In this document: positions 14,437-27,519 of the stretch, one piece after another | How positions within the stretch are numbered: the first letter of the stretch is position 1 | Layout of the letters: each line of letters begins with the position of its first letter | Assembly (NCBI GenBank): GCA_044892525.1 | Contig: CM097885.1 | Coordinates: forward strand, 204,414,001-204,478,000 | Direction of reading: 5' to 3' | Length of the DNA stretch: 64,000 bases | DNA from: Schmidtea polychroa | Taxonomy: Eukaryota | Translations under genes and position numbers: made by a program | The notes under the pieces: model-generated | Told to the model about the DNA's origin: nothing | Database searches by the model: none | The model's input: the letters and a program-made list of their open reading frames with translations, nothing else

Positions 14437-14643
14437 CTGTATTAGCCCGAATATAACGCGACCCCCAAAAGAGAGACTGAGGTTTTTTTTTATTTTTCCT
14501 GAAGGTGTCAATGGTTGATTTCCCGATAATAGCCAATTGTTGTATTCTTTTCAAAGGTTGTCTTTAAATGGTTTATTAACCCCTACATTATTTAATAAAA
14601 ATAAAATGTTAAAAAATGTCGCGTTATATTCGGGCTAATACGG
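14437..14643. mobile_element. Tc1/mariner (pogo-like) MITE, 207 bp
   Basis: 26-bp TIR ctgtattagcccgaatataacgcgac / gtcgcgttatattcgggctaatacgg (one mismatch), TA TSD on both sides. Confidence 0.9.
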
Positions 14644-17600
14644 TAATACCTATATGAAATAAAATTATTGCATGTTGAATTTAAAGGACTGAATATTACG
14701 TAATTTATGTCTGAATGTCAAAGGTACGATACTTTATTATGTATGCATGCGTGTATCTTGCTCTAGATACTTACAATATAATAATTTCCTCCGGAGGTAT
14801 AAGTACTTTCTGGTATTAATAAATCTTATGTCTCCAAATGTCTTCTAACAATGTTAAAAGAAATATTAATAAGTGATGTACATTTTTATTTCAATCGTTG
14901 ATTTATTTATTTATTAAAATAAAAAATTTCAATTTTTCAATATTTTTGAAATTGGTTTGTTAAAACACTTTATTTTTGCAAACTGTTTGTTCTGATTTTT
15001 AATATGCCTTGAAATTTTATTTGAATACATCACATTTTTTAAATAACCAAAACCTAGAAAACTAAATACAAATCTTTTTTAAATAAAATAATTTATTACA
15101 TGACTGGCGGATACTTCTAAAGTATTTTATTTAATTCGCATTTTTGATAAAGATTCTTTTTTTATTCTCTCTTTGTATAATTATAACTATTATAATTAGA
15201 CTAGACAGTGTTAAGCATTAAAACAAATTTAGGATTTTCAAGTTATTTAAAATTTTTTTAATCTTCATTCGATTTTTTATCATTTTAAACTCATTTCAAT
15301 TTCATTTTTAATATAAATTATAAGATTTTCTTAAAAGAATTTGAGGGAGAAATTTGTTTTTGATTTGTTCCTACATGTTTTCAAGGTTCTGACCAAACAA
15401 GATTTGGAAGCTAGCAGGCAATTTGCAGTAAAATGCAATTGTTGTTTGAGTACTTAAATAAAACAAGTAATGATATTTTCTATTTTGTTAAATCATTTAC
15501 TGAGTGATGGCTCATTTTCACCTTTATGATCCCATTNNNNNNNNNNNNNNNNNNNNNNNNNNNNNNNNNNNNNNNNNNNNNNNNNNNNNNNNNNNNNNNN
15601 NNNNNNNNNNNNNNNNNNNNNNNNNNNNNNNNNNNNNNNNNNNNNNNNNNNNNNNNNNNNNNNNNNNNNNNNNNNNNNNNNNNNNNNNNNNNNNNNGTAA
15701 ATAACTGAAGTCGTGTAGGAGGTGATGAAAGGATCTGCAAGAAATTAATAAACTTAAATTATTGTTGGATATTGATAAAAAAATGATAAAAACCAGATAT
15801 AATTGAATTAGCATTAATTGTGTTGATAAAATTTAGTTAAGGAAGAAAAATAATAAATAATAAATAAATATAATAATTAGAAATTACGATTTAAACAGAA
15901 AGTCTTAGCAATTATCAAACTTTTTTAATTGAATTTTTACTTAATTNNNNNNNNNNNNNNNNNNNNNNNNNNNNNNNNNNNNNNNNNNNNNNNNNNNNNN
16001 NNNNNNNNNNNNNNNNNNNNNNNNNNNNNNNNNNNNNNNNNNNNNNNNNNNNNNNNNNNNNNNNNNNNNNNNNNNNNNNNNNNNNNNNNNNNNNNNNNNN
16101 NNNNNNNNNNNNNNNNNNNNNNNNNNNNNNNTTGTGATACCCAGTGCAAATCCCAATAGTAGACTAGTTTCGAGCTTTTCTCTCTCATCAGTACTATGCA
16201 GGAGACGGAAAGATTTCTCTTCGCGCCAGGTAAGTATACAATATTGCTGATTCAACTCTATTGCATACTTTACCTGCTACACTGGAAATCACATTAATAT
16301 TATTGTATTTAATAAAGTACATTTTCAAATCTTTCATTTTAAGCATGGATTCCGTAAACCTAAACGTTACTTGAGACATAATGCATAGATTTAAGATGTG
16401 GAAGACTTTGTTTTATATTGATAACAATTTTTTGATATAACAAAAGATACCAGTGAGAATATTTTAAAGTATGAATTAAGCGAATAATAATTTAGAAAAT
16501 TTCTTAAAACAATCGTGATATTCGATATAGCTTGGTGGTGAAGTGGTCTGGTTTTCAGCACTAATTGCAAGATTTTATACCTGTTATTTATGGCAGCCAG
16601 ATTAGCTCAAAATTAATCTGTCATTAGAAATTGCATAAAATTTCACGACACATTTTATTTCGGAAATGATTTTTGTTTTAATTCTGCTTCAAAATATAAT
16701 TAAAGAAATACCTTCAATTTATCATTTTTCGTTAATTTACCAATGTTTATCAATCAAATTTTGAAATTGAAATTAAATGAAATTTTGAAATTCATCATAA
16801 AATTTGATGTCAAAAATACCTCGAGGCGTTATATAGAGATATAATATAATAAATTTATTATCTACAAAAAAATCTAAATGAATTCATGGGTAAAATCAAT
16901 GATAATTCACTGTAAAATTAATTTTTCTAATTTTATTGAAATATTTTTATCAAAAATATTAATCCAGATTAAAAATGAATCGTTTGTCGTTTCAATAGAA
17001 CTGCAAATATTATTCAACAACTCTTTCGGTTGTAACTTCTTCACTAGCGATAGCAGATCGTTTGACATTAAGAGGATGAATGTGGTTGCGTTTAAATTTA
17101 ATTTCACGCTTGATTAATTTTTTGATCTTAGGATTTCAGTGTTAACTAATTCAGTCTTTACTGAGGACTCGGAGAATTTAGATAGCAACTAAATAATTAT
17201 TAAATACTTTTTAGCTTAAATTATTTATATTTCATTACATAAATTACTCATTTTTTTAAAAAATTGAAAAATAAATTTTTTCTTTTACAAAAGACAAAAA
17301 AATATGAGAAAATGTTCAGCTGGAAGTATCAAATATCAGAATTTTCAAATTAAACAATTTTTTTAATAATGAATAAATTATATTACCGATTTTAAAAGTA
17401 TTTTAGCAATTATTTTAATGACAAAATAAATTGACTTTTGTTAATTTAAGTTGATGAAAAAAATATTAATAATCATTTGAATTTTTCTAAAATTTCTATT
17501 CTAGAAATAATTTAATTAATTACATGTCTAGAGATTCAAGAAAAAAATAGAGAAATAAAATTTCTTAATTGTAAAACTTAAATTTAAAATAGAATTATTC

Positions 17601-18929
17601 TTAATAAATTTTCTGCATTTTTGGTTTCGGAAATTTCACGGTTTACAAATAAACAACATTACTCAAATCTGATTGGTTGTTCATTTCTAAGAATAATAGA
17701 CATCAATCGATATGGCATTACAGATAAATCAATCCAGGCATCATTGATTCTATTTTATTCGATTTCTAGATATTCCGATAACGTTTTATAAAGTGCATTT
17801 GTGAGAATTATGATCCATTTATCTTGCAATAAAAAGTTTTTCCATTACTCAAAGTAAAATCTCCATTAAAAATCTTTAATTGTTTATATATGTAACAATA
17901 AAAACAGAACTGTTTTCAATGAATTAAACAAAATATTTTTCATTTTAATTTAAACAAAAATTTATTTTAATTTTATATGTAATGGCTTTTAGAACTGTCA
18001 GCGGATAAAATGGCGCCATAATAACTGATAAGGCGGTTTATTTAAATTTACTTTGGGATTTTATTCGAAATAATATATTTAAATTAAGTTCTGTCAATAA
18101 TATATAAATAACTTGGCTAGTGCAAATATAATAGACTGAATATTGGTTATTGAAACGAAGAGGAAAATGTCTTTGAGGATAATGATTAACAGAATAATAC
18201 AGATCAAAATAAAAACAATCTGATCTGATTCAACCATAGGAAATGCTAATGGTATTATGGGATTACAGTTTGAATTAAATAAAATTTTCTTTTCGTTTCT
18301 TCAAGAATTGTAGTAGCAAAAACCTAAAACTGCATCCTGCGTTAAGAAATTTAAATCTAAATTGGCACTCATGATCCGAGTCATTATTCGAAGACAGAAA
18401 CCCTTTAGACCATAACTTCTTCTATCTACTTACCCTTAGCTTTTTCAAAAAACAACTATATTCAAATAAATATCTAAAAATAGACCGGTATACTTAAACA
18501 AATTATGTACCGAATAATAAATATTTAGGCCTTAAATTTCCTTTTGCTACAAAAAATATAAGGCTCCTGGTCAGCATAAAACAATATATTTTTACATTTT
18601 ATTCAATTTAATTTAATTGAACTAAATTCGCAAAAAGATTTTTGTTTTAATTGACAGATTGTAACAAATAATAATTTTTAATAACTTCAATTATGACGGT
18701 GAAAAGTTCTTCAATTGATGAAAACAATTTCCTGCAGATAAGAATTCCAAACTATCAAATACAAAAGAATTGTAAGCGCAAGTGTAGGCATCTTTCGAAC
18801 TATCCAATATCAGAAGTAAAAAAACAAAATACATTTGTCTGTTGTACTGTCTGTACTCAACTTAAAGATAAATATTTTTCTATCACAAAAGATTCGGAAA
18901 AATTCACCACCATGCAGTTAGAATAGATC

Positions 18930-21600
18930 GACGGGAGCCGGACAAGGACCTCAAAAAAAAACCAGAGCTAGAAGCATCTAAATATAACTCGTCGGTTAAT
19001 GCGATGGTTAAACGATATGAAGAAATGGATACAAAATAATTTATTGCTGGTTGACGAAGCAGATATCATTTAGAAAGAAATGAAATTTACAGAGAGAACT
19101 GGCTGACAGCGAAGCAAGAAAATGGTTCCTAAAAGCATTCACGGTGAAAAGATCAATACTGAACAAGATCCAAGAACTGGGTTCAATAGAACAAGGTATT
19201 AATGAAAGATTTTCAACATTTGAGATTAAGGTATGCAAATTGATTAATGAAGTTTATGATTCAGGTATGCTGAAAAATGATTATTTCCAGACGAATTACT
19301 GGCTACAAAACTAAGTATGAAAATAAAAGATTGTGCAATGAAAGTCATGGTCTACCTCCACCAAGGACAGAAAAAATTTCACCCGGACAATGTTTTTGTT
19401 GTGGAGAAAAAGAATAAAAATTTCGAATGCCCCCTTAGAAATAAATTTCTGATTTGTGGGAAAGAAGGTCATGCATTTTGTGATTGCTATTTGTTAAAAA
19501 CAAGAAATAATACTATCCCTCGGAGAATAGTCAGTGTTCATGAAGAAACAGAAACCAATCGAGAAAAAGAATCAAAAGTAAGTGAAACTGAATATGAAGA
19601 CTACGAAAAGAATACAAAAAATGTGAAGGATTTAGTTGGATTCATTTCGTTAATGAATTTGAAGAATTAAATATAAGAAATCGAAATACTGTAGAAAAAA
19701 GAAGAAATATATATGAGACGAAATACGGAAGAAAATTTAATAAGATAGAAATAAAGAAAGTTGAAATAGAAATGTTATGGACTTCAGGAGCTTCAGTAAT
19801 GGTAATGAGTGAACATATTTGGAGGAAAGTTGGAAGTCCGAGTTTTGCAAGAAATAGAATTCTCTTATGCTGAATATTATCTGCAAACGACGAACAGCCT
19901 CTAGGAAGCACATTTATCAATTTAAGATGGTTCAAAAAGAAACGACAGATCAAAGAACTAGTGGTGAAATCTATAAAGGCAGAATTTATAGGTGGTATAG
20001 ACACTATGAACAGATTTGTGATACAACTGATGGAAGTGCAAAACATTGATGCGATGTGGATACCACAAAAACATTCATTGAAAAACAGGATTGAAAGAGC
20101 ATTGCTTTTCTGGGCAAACAAACTAACAAAAACATTGCAATCTTAGTAATGAAATTTGGAAATATTTTCATGGCTTCCTAATTTGATCTTGGGTGCACAA
20201 AACTATTAAACATGAAATAAAAAAGACGGGAAATCCAGTAATGCAACAACACATAAGAAGAGAACCAACGAATTTAGAACAAAAAGTAGAAGTTCTAATA
20301 AAAGATTTATAAAAAATTAACGTGGTAAAAATATGCAAGAACGCATGGAATGCCCCAGTAGTAATAGTAAAGAAAGCAGATGAATCGATAAGAATTTACA
20401 TGGACTACAAAGGATTAAATTTCAATACAGGAAAAAAATCATTCCCAATGCCAGATGCAAGAACATTTATAAAATTTTCGTCCATAGACTTAAGACAATA
20501 TTAAAGAAATGATCATGCGAAGCACCAATACTCGATTTCCCTAGATGAAATAGATTGTTTAATTTGGATACAGACGCCTGTTTCGGTGAAATTAGGGTGT
20601 TAAAGAATATTAGTTTTTATTTTAATTAATTTACTTTGATTTGAAAAATTGGATTTTTCGGAAATTACTATTCTATGATTCTTGTTGTTTAAATTTGTGA
20701 TTTCTGGAAATTGGAATTTGTGAAAATTTTGAAATTTCTTTGGATTTATGTTAATTTATGCCAATAAAGTTTCGTGAGATTTTAATTTATTATTTGAAGA
20801 CTGTATATTTCAATTAATTTTGAATGGATACAATTAATATAAGCAATGTCGAAGTTATGGAAAATTCAGCCAAGTTTTCTTCAAAATTTAAATTTAAAGT
20901 TAAATTCGAATGTCTTGAAAGCTTAGAAGACGATTTGGAATGGAAATTAATTTATGTCAGCAACACCTCTAATTCAGATTTAGATCAATTCCTTGATTCA
21001 GCAATAGTTAGACCAATTCCTGTTGGTCTTCATGATTTTGTTCTTGATATTAATGCTCTAGATCCCGCAAAATTCCTTCTTGATGATAATGTCGATGCAA
21101 CTGTGATTTTACTGGAAACAATTCATAAAGATCAACAATTAGTTCGAATCAATTATTTTGTCAGCAATGAATATGAAAAAGAAGATATGAATTTTGTTCA
21201 TTTTATAGAAACTTTTAATTTTACTGAAACCGGGCATTGATGAGCCAAGTAAAAGAAGATGCCAAAAACACAGTGATATTCTATATGTGGTGACTGTATT
21301 ATTATTACCACTATGAATTCCATTTATCAAGGAAAGAATTTGTTGTAATAAGAACAGAATCCATGAATATTTCATTTTGAACAAAGAAATGCATTGCTCG
21401 AACAGACCATAATAAAGCATTGGTCTTTTAAGGATTGCAAAAAGATAATAAGCCCCCAGTTCCATACAATGATAGGAAATCAATCTCCATAAGACTTTGA
21501 ACTGAACCATAGGAAAGGATAAGAACATGTTAATGCCGATGTATTGTCAAGATTTAAAGGAAATGTGTGTACACAATGTCATGAGACATGAGGATGCCAA
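18930..21600 (+). mobile_element. Degenerate Ty3/gypsy internal region (gag knuckle, protease, truncated RT, RNase H split by an Asf1 insert)
   Basis: ICGKEGHAFCDC knuckle; decayed protease (EMLWTSGASVMVM); NAWNAPVVIVKKADESIRIYMDYKGLN; EAPILDFP...FNLDTDAC; ALMSQVKEDAKNTVIFY; EHVNADVLSR. Confidence 0.85.
20824..21240 (+). pseudogene. ASF1: Asf1 histone H3/H4 chaperone copy, C-terminally truncated
   Basis: FECLESLEDDLEWKLIYV...DQFLDSAIVRPIPVGLHDFVL...LVRINYFVSNEY parallels Asf1 FECIEDLSEDLEWKIIYV...DQVLDSVLVGPVPAGRHMFVF...FIRVGYYVNNEY; similarity stops after EKEDM. Confidence 0.9.
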
Positions 21601-22799
21601 ACAAGTAAATTATTATGAAAATCACTAAAGAGATAGCAAAATAAATTTAATTGTTTTAAACGACCAATGCACAGAATGATAAATCACGGAAGTTGTGTTA
21701 TTGAACAGAAAAATGTTTCAAGAAAAAATAAATTTAATTTATTTTAAAATAAAATGAATAATTCATGAGTTATCTGCGTATGTGTGTGATGGCAGTCTAA
21801 GATTCTTAGAATTAAATGCACTCCAATTTTATAGTGGCAGTTAGCGCGGACGGACACTAAAATTTAGAAAAAAGTGACGCCAAAAATTCAATCATAAGTA
21901 TTCACTTTTCCAGTTTTAGCAATCATCTACAATTGTGTGAATATTGTTAAATCGTTGTATGCAAACTAGTATATGTTTTGTGTAAATTTTCGTGCTTTTA
22001 TCGTTGTTTTTTTAATGTTTTATTAGTCTCTCTTGCTCATATGGCTCAGGTCGGTAATAATTACCAATTCATGGGCAATTCCAAAATAATTGATTGGTGT
22101 TCGAAGCTTCAGTCAGCTCTGACTCGAGACTAAACTTGCTCCGGGATAGAGGTGGCTAGTCTACTGATTCATTTAAGTTTTACCTAAATGTACAGGGCTC
22201 TGGTTTGACTTACACTAGTCACCACGCAAATTTTGAATATATATCACCGCCTATTACCTTAGCTGGCCTTTTAAAGGATAGAGTAGGACTTCAGAGTAAT
22301 TATATAGGTTACAATCTGTGAGGATAATTTAATTTTTGCTTATAATAATTTTAAATAGATGTCCTGATAATCAAATAACTAGGTAATTTTCATAAAATAT
22401 GAATAGATTTATGCTCAAAAGTTTGAAAAATGACCATATCAATAAATACCTAGTGGTGCGGACCCTAACTAAATGAACAAGAAAAGATCAATAATTCTAC
22501 TAATGAACAATGGTATAAGACCTTCTATTACGACTTATGAACTTGAAAGCGAAAATACAATGAGTAGTTAATGGAGATCATCTGCTCATTGATTTTCAAT
22601 CACTGTGTACATTATCAATATGGTTGTCGTCAAGAGTGACCGATAGTTATGAAGGTGTTTAGAGAAGAGTTGAAATTCGCCAGTGACCATAAAGAATTTA
22701 AACAACGGACCCTTTTAACAAAAACACGATAATTACAACAAATTCTTCTGATTCTATGGAAATTTTCATTTGCTTTGTTTCACTTTCTTCATAGGATCT

Positions 22800-23200
22800 T
22801 CCAACATTTTCGACATTGCAAATTCTATAATACTTGCTGTATGTCTAATTAAAAAAAACGTCAACTATTAATGCTTCATGATCATTTCCCCGGTTTATGC
22901 AGTGCACTCTAATTCTTCTTTCAAAATTGGCAAAACATTCGTCCTGATTCTGAACTGTTTCTCTGAAAATCGCAGCAATTAATGTAACTTTGGTTTACCT
23001 TCAATAATTTTGCCATCTTCGAGTAAAATTAAATGTTGCATTTACCGTCCCTTCCCTCTTTTCGCAGAACCGAATAGATATTTCTATTTTATTTTTTTCT
23101 GAAACTTCATTGCATTGATTAAATATGTTGACATATTTTTTAACACTGGTAATGTGATTTTTTGCAGATTCTCTTTTTTAATGAATAATTACTTGACAAT
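22800..23200 (-). mobile_element. Possible retrotransposon gag relic
   Basis: AIFRETVQNQDECFANFERRIRVHC resembles the gag Q-x-x-E-S-x-x-x-F-x-x-R-L-R motif; stop-ridden. Confidence 0.35.
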
Positions 23201-24168
23201 AAGCTTAAATAATTGCTCTTGACACCCTTCTAAGTTTTGTACAATAAATCCAATTATAATAACAATTTAACTATTTATTCAATCAAATTAAATATACTAC
23301 CAATTGAAAACAATATTTAAACAACCTGGTAACTATATTTGATACATATTGACTTTATTATTTTCCATATTTAATTGGAATTATAAATTCGATATTAATA
23401 AAAAATATTTGTTTTATCTTATCATTAATTATATTGTCCTATATTTAATTTTTTTATTTTGCATTATTTTTTCAAATTTAGCGAAATTGTAATTTAAAAA
23501 TAATTTTAAGTATTATAATTTAAAAGATGTTAACTAAGATAACTAACTGGTCTAGTATTTCATTTTAACATTAATTTATTTCAATGTTTTGGATCTTACT
23601 CATTAATAGAGAAATTGCTAAAACGAATTGTAACTAATATAATAATAAATAAAACTTATGATATGAACAAAATTGATATTGCCATGGTAAAAAATTAAAA
23701 TGATATATAAATTCCGGAAATAATGATTCAATAATACATATAATTATTAGTAAAACTAAGAATCATATAAAAATAGCCGATATTTCAATAGTATGGCATT
23801 ATATAATAAATCCGAAATAGTAATTATAAATATTTATCTTCACAATAGTATTAAAAGCTAAAATGAACAACAAAACATGACTTTGTGCGCTCATACAGAT
23901 CTCCTAGCAAACCAGGTAGCAGTGCGCACAGTTGACATAGCAAATTGAGAAAATCTGTTAAGGCAAACATGAGTAATCCATGTAAAACAAGATAATTCAA
24001 GGAGACAAAAGCGCATATATTTCTTACATTTATATTAAACAGTTATCAAAGATTTTCAGTTTACTTTTGCGTGAATCAATAAATATATGCGGGACAGCAA
24101 GCCAGCAAATCTAGTAGCACCTATTTACAATAATCGATAATGAAAATGATGCCCTCCAATTGACACAA

Positions 24169-26403
24169 TTACGATCTTCCGAGAACTGGTCGAGAAGTGC
24201 TCAGTGGTGCTGTTGGAGTATTAACGGAAGGCGCAACCGTCGATATGGTTGGGAAAACAGCTGCTTGCGAGGTTTGCGCGACAAATGACGGTTGAAATGG
24301 TTGAGAAAATTGATTGAGTCGGCTTGGAGTAGTTGGAAGATAAACTGGTTGTATATAGAATTGTTGTGGAGTACTGTTGTCATAGCGACCACTGGTGTTG
24401 GTGGATGCACTTGGTTGTATTATTTGATGGTAAGGCTGGTGAATGGAAGAAAATGTATTCGCCGACTGTTGGGGTGAATTAGCGGATGCTGCGTGCGATG
24501 CTTGGGGCATATTTAAGAGTAGCGGTTGGTAATACTCTAAATTTGGTATCATATGATGATAATTGATAATTTGCGGTTGATTCGATGGTTCTGTAAGAGG
24601 CTGGGTTGAAACCGGTTGAGATTGAGGAATTTGAAGCGGTTCTGTTTGGTTACGCAGTTCTGAATATCGTTTTGGCACAAATGATTGAGTCGGTCGGTTC
24701 TGATGGGATTTACTATCGAATTGTGGAACAGATTTCTCACGAGCGAATCTCGGAGCTGGAGGATTGTAAGAATTCATTGGACGTTTCTGTAATTGATTGA
24801 TTTCTCTGTCAGTCAACGGTGGCATTTCTTCAATAACATCTTTAAAATCGCAATTAGCATCCCATTCAAATTTTGAGTTGGCCCAGTCGGGGATATTTTG
24901 TCTGTTTCGATTTATCGATTGAGATATTCCGGGAGATTTTTCTCGTTCGTAATTGCTGTCCGAGAATCTCTGTTGAGATTTAGAATAGTTTTGTTGAGAT
25001 GAATTGCTCCCTTCACGTTGTTTAGGCAGATAATTATTTTTGCGTTGGAAATAATTTCCGGATTTTCGGTGTGCCACGTAACTTTTTTGAAGAGACATGT
25101 CGGTAAATTTTTGGTTAATGTTTCGTTTAGGCGTTTCTTGTGCAAGTTTCCGGTTTTGATTGGTTTGTTCGGATTCTTGAACTTTCTTAGCCAGATAATT
25201 GTCCAATTCACTCGATTCGATTTGTTTATCGTTATTTGCATCGTTACGGCGATAATTCTGATTTTCAAAGGTCCGAGATTGATAAACTCTTTTGTTTGAA
25301 TTATTGCTAATACTCTCGATTTGCCTAGTGCCAAAATTGTCAAGATTTACCGTAATCTTTATGTCAGTATATTCCGCTATTTGGCTATATTTACTTGGAG
25401 GCTTTGGAGCTTTTTTTGGTTTAACTTCCGGAGAATAACTTGACCTGTAATTTCTATTTTGATTATAATTACGATTGTAGTCTGTACTCGATCGATTCCA
25501 AGAATTATACTGAGGCTCATAATAACTATAATCATAATATCCACTGTTTCCATAATAATAAGAATTATAGTTATCGTAGTCATCATAATATTCATAATCA
25601 TAATAAGATCTTTGTTTATAATTTTGATGCTTATAATTAATTGCTTTATTATTTTTCTTTCGATTTTCTTTGAATTCCACATTATCGTTCTTATGTCGAA
25701 TATCGGCGCCATATTTATTGATTAATTCTATTTTAGAAATAGGTTTTTGCTTCCTTTCATCATAAAGATCATGTGACCAAACTTCGTTTGTTTTACTATG
25801 TACATTTTTTGCATTCTCGCTTGTTTTTTTGGGTTCGCCAATTTCAGAATCTTCTAATCTTAGATCATGCATATAAAATTTTCCATTTGTTGGTATAAAT
25901 GTTGGGTTATTAATATCTTTTGATTCAGGGTCACGCTTGTTATCTTTAGATACATGATTTTCTATAATGTATTCTAGATCTTCTTCACACTGTTTTAAGC
26001 CTTCTTCAGTTACTTCTGCTTTGGGTAATTCTTGTACACTTTCCGCTTGCTGAATATATTCGGCATCATATATCCAATTATCTTTACTTTCATCCCATGA
26101 ACTGGTTTCTTCGTCAGAACTTGGATTTTCACGACATGAACCTGGCCGAATATCATCGTCATCATCATCATCATCAGGGCAAATTTCCACGGGATCTAAA
26201 ATTTCTTTTTTATCATATTCATCGATTTTATCTTGATTTGTACACGATAAAAAAGATTTCTCGGAATCATCATCTTTCATTGGTACATTAGTTATTCCGT
26301 CAATTACAGAATTTACACAGGACTCAAAAGATTTATCAGAATCAATATTATCAGTTTCTTTTAAATTAGCACTTTCAATTTTATTTTCTTTGTTATCAGT
26401 CAT
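24169..26403 (-). CDS. CASC3: CASC3/Barentsz (MLN51) exon-junction-complex protein, 744 aa, uninterrupted ORF
   Basis: Btz/SELOR motifs NPTFIPTNGKFYMHDLR and WSHDLYDERKQKPISKIELINKYGADIR; acidic N-terminus, low-complexity Q/P/S C-terminus. Confidence 0.85.
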   Translation of the reverse strand: MTDNKENKIESANLKETDNIDSDKSFESCVNSVIDGITNVPMKDDDSEKSFLSCTNQDKIDEYDKKEILDPVEICPDDDDDDDDIRPGSCRENPSSDEETSSWDESKDNWIYDAEYIQQAESVQELPKAEVTEEGLKQCEEDLEYIIENHVSKDNKRDPESKDINNPTFIPTNGKFYMHDLRLEDSEIGEPKKTSENAKNVHSKTNEVWSHDLYDERKQKPISKIELINKYGADIRHKNDNVEFKENRKKNNKAINYKHQNYKQRSYYDYEYYDDYDNYNSYYYGNSGYYDYSYYEPQYNSWNRSSTDYNRNYNQNRNYRSSYSPEVKPKKAPKPPSKYSQIAEYTDIKITVNLDNFGTRQIESISNNSNKRVYQSRTFENQNYRRNDANNDKQIESSELDNYLAKKVQESEQTNQNRKLAQETPKRNINQKFTDMSLQKSYVAHRKSGNYFQRKNNYLPKQREGSNSSQQNYSKSQQRFSDSNYEREKSPGISQSINRNRQNIPDWANSKFEWDANCDFKDVIEEMPPLTDREINQLQKRPMNSYNPPAPRFAREKSVPQFDSKSHQNRPTQSFVPKRYSELRNQTEPLQIPQSQPVSTQPLTEPSNQPQIINYHHMIPNLEYYQPLLLNMPQASHAASANSPQQSANTFSSIHQPYHQIIQPSASTNTSGRYDNSTPQQFYIQPVYLPTTPSRLNQFSQPFQPSFVAQTSQAAVFPTISTVAPSVNTPTAPLSTSRPVLGRS

Positions 26404-26833
26404 TAACTAAAATTAAATACATTTCAAATAATTTAAAGTGCTTTTTAAAATTAAGAATTTTTAAATGAAATTATAGAAATTTAAAAAAAATACTTGTTTA
26501 CTAAATAAAAACAATTTTATATAAATAAATATATTTTAATTAGAAAGATAAAAATTAAATTAAAATATAGATACTAATATATTTCATCACAATCCACATC
26601 TTGATTTTATTTTAAATTATTATTTTCAAATAAATTAATGATAATTAAATTATTTAATTTTTAATGGAGTTAAAAACAAGTTTATATAAATTTATGGTTT
26701 GCACATATTTATAATAAAAAAAAATTTGAAATTTTTTATTTTTAAAGTTATACAATGCTTCACTGCTTAATTGGCATACTTTAATTATTTTCATTTTCTA
26801 CAAAATTTTAAAATTTATCTATATTATAGTGGG

Positions 26834-27259
26834 TTACATGTAGGAAAGATCGTTCACTTCTGATCCCTTATCGCTTACGTCTATCTTGGCGGCGATATCT
26901 GCCTCCAGGTATGGATCGTGAATGAGTACGGATGTGGTAATAGGGATCATCCTATATGAATCAGTAGTTGATGCGACTAGGCTAGGCTGTGGTTGATTTT
27001 TCCTGGCCTCAGTGACGGCAAATAGAGACGCTTCCAATGTGGCGATCGCGTCTCGACGTTTCTTTGATCGTTCCTCTCGGGTTAAACGATTTCGCTTTCG
27101 GGGATTTGGTTGAACTGGAATGATATTCGGATTCGCTGGGGCGGCTAGTTGTATCGTAGTATCCATGTGCGTAAGCTGCTCTCGACTAGTTCCCGTGATG
27201 TTACGAAGGTTACGATGTTTTAAAACTAGTCTACTATTGGGATTTGCACTAGGTATCAC
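26834..27259 (-). CDS. Unknown 141-aa ORF in a GC-richer repeat-like segment
   Basis: Open frame with a basic NLS-like stretch PRKRNRLTREERSKKRR; its first 39 nt recur at 16132-16170; no ATG start (GTG). Confidence 0.3.
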   Translation of the reverse strand: MIPSANPNSRLVLKHRNLRNITGTSREQLTHMDTTIQLAAPANPNIIPVQPNPRKRNRLTREERSKKRRDAIATLEASLFAVTEARKNQPQPSLVASTTDSYRMIPITTSVLIHDPYLEADIAAKIDVSDKGSEVNDLSYM

Positions 27260-27519
27260 AAAGCTTGTATTGTTTATCTTATTTTTTTGTTAGACATCCG
27301 TAAAAAAATATTTTAATCCATTACAAGTTAAAAATGCTAAAGGTTTACGGATGCACTTGTAAACAGTTTCTGCGTATGACAACATAAGCTATATAAACGT
27401 ACGAATGTATAATTGAGTACATACACATAACACTGGGCTTAGCTGTTACCAGTAGAGCACGAAGCTCCCCAAGCGCATCCCATGTGGACAACGCTAGTTA
27501 CTAGTCGTAGTCCAAACGG

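Noticed and set aside
1214-16255. Many ORFs in the track made mostly of X residues (e.g. 1214-1552, 4177-4423, 6925-7182, 15480-16255)
   Set aside because: Artefacts of translating through N gaps
19642-21528. ORFs 19642-20121 (-) and 21139-21528 (-)
   Set aside because: Antisense frames of the gypsy relic with no independent motif
24201-26291. Short ORFs overlapping CASC3 on both strands
   Set aside because: Shadow frames of the long real ORF
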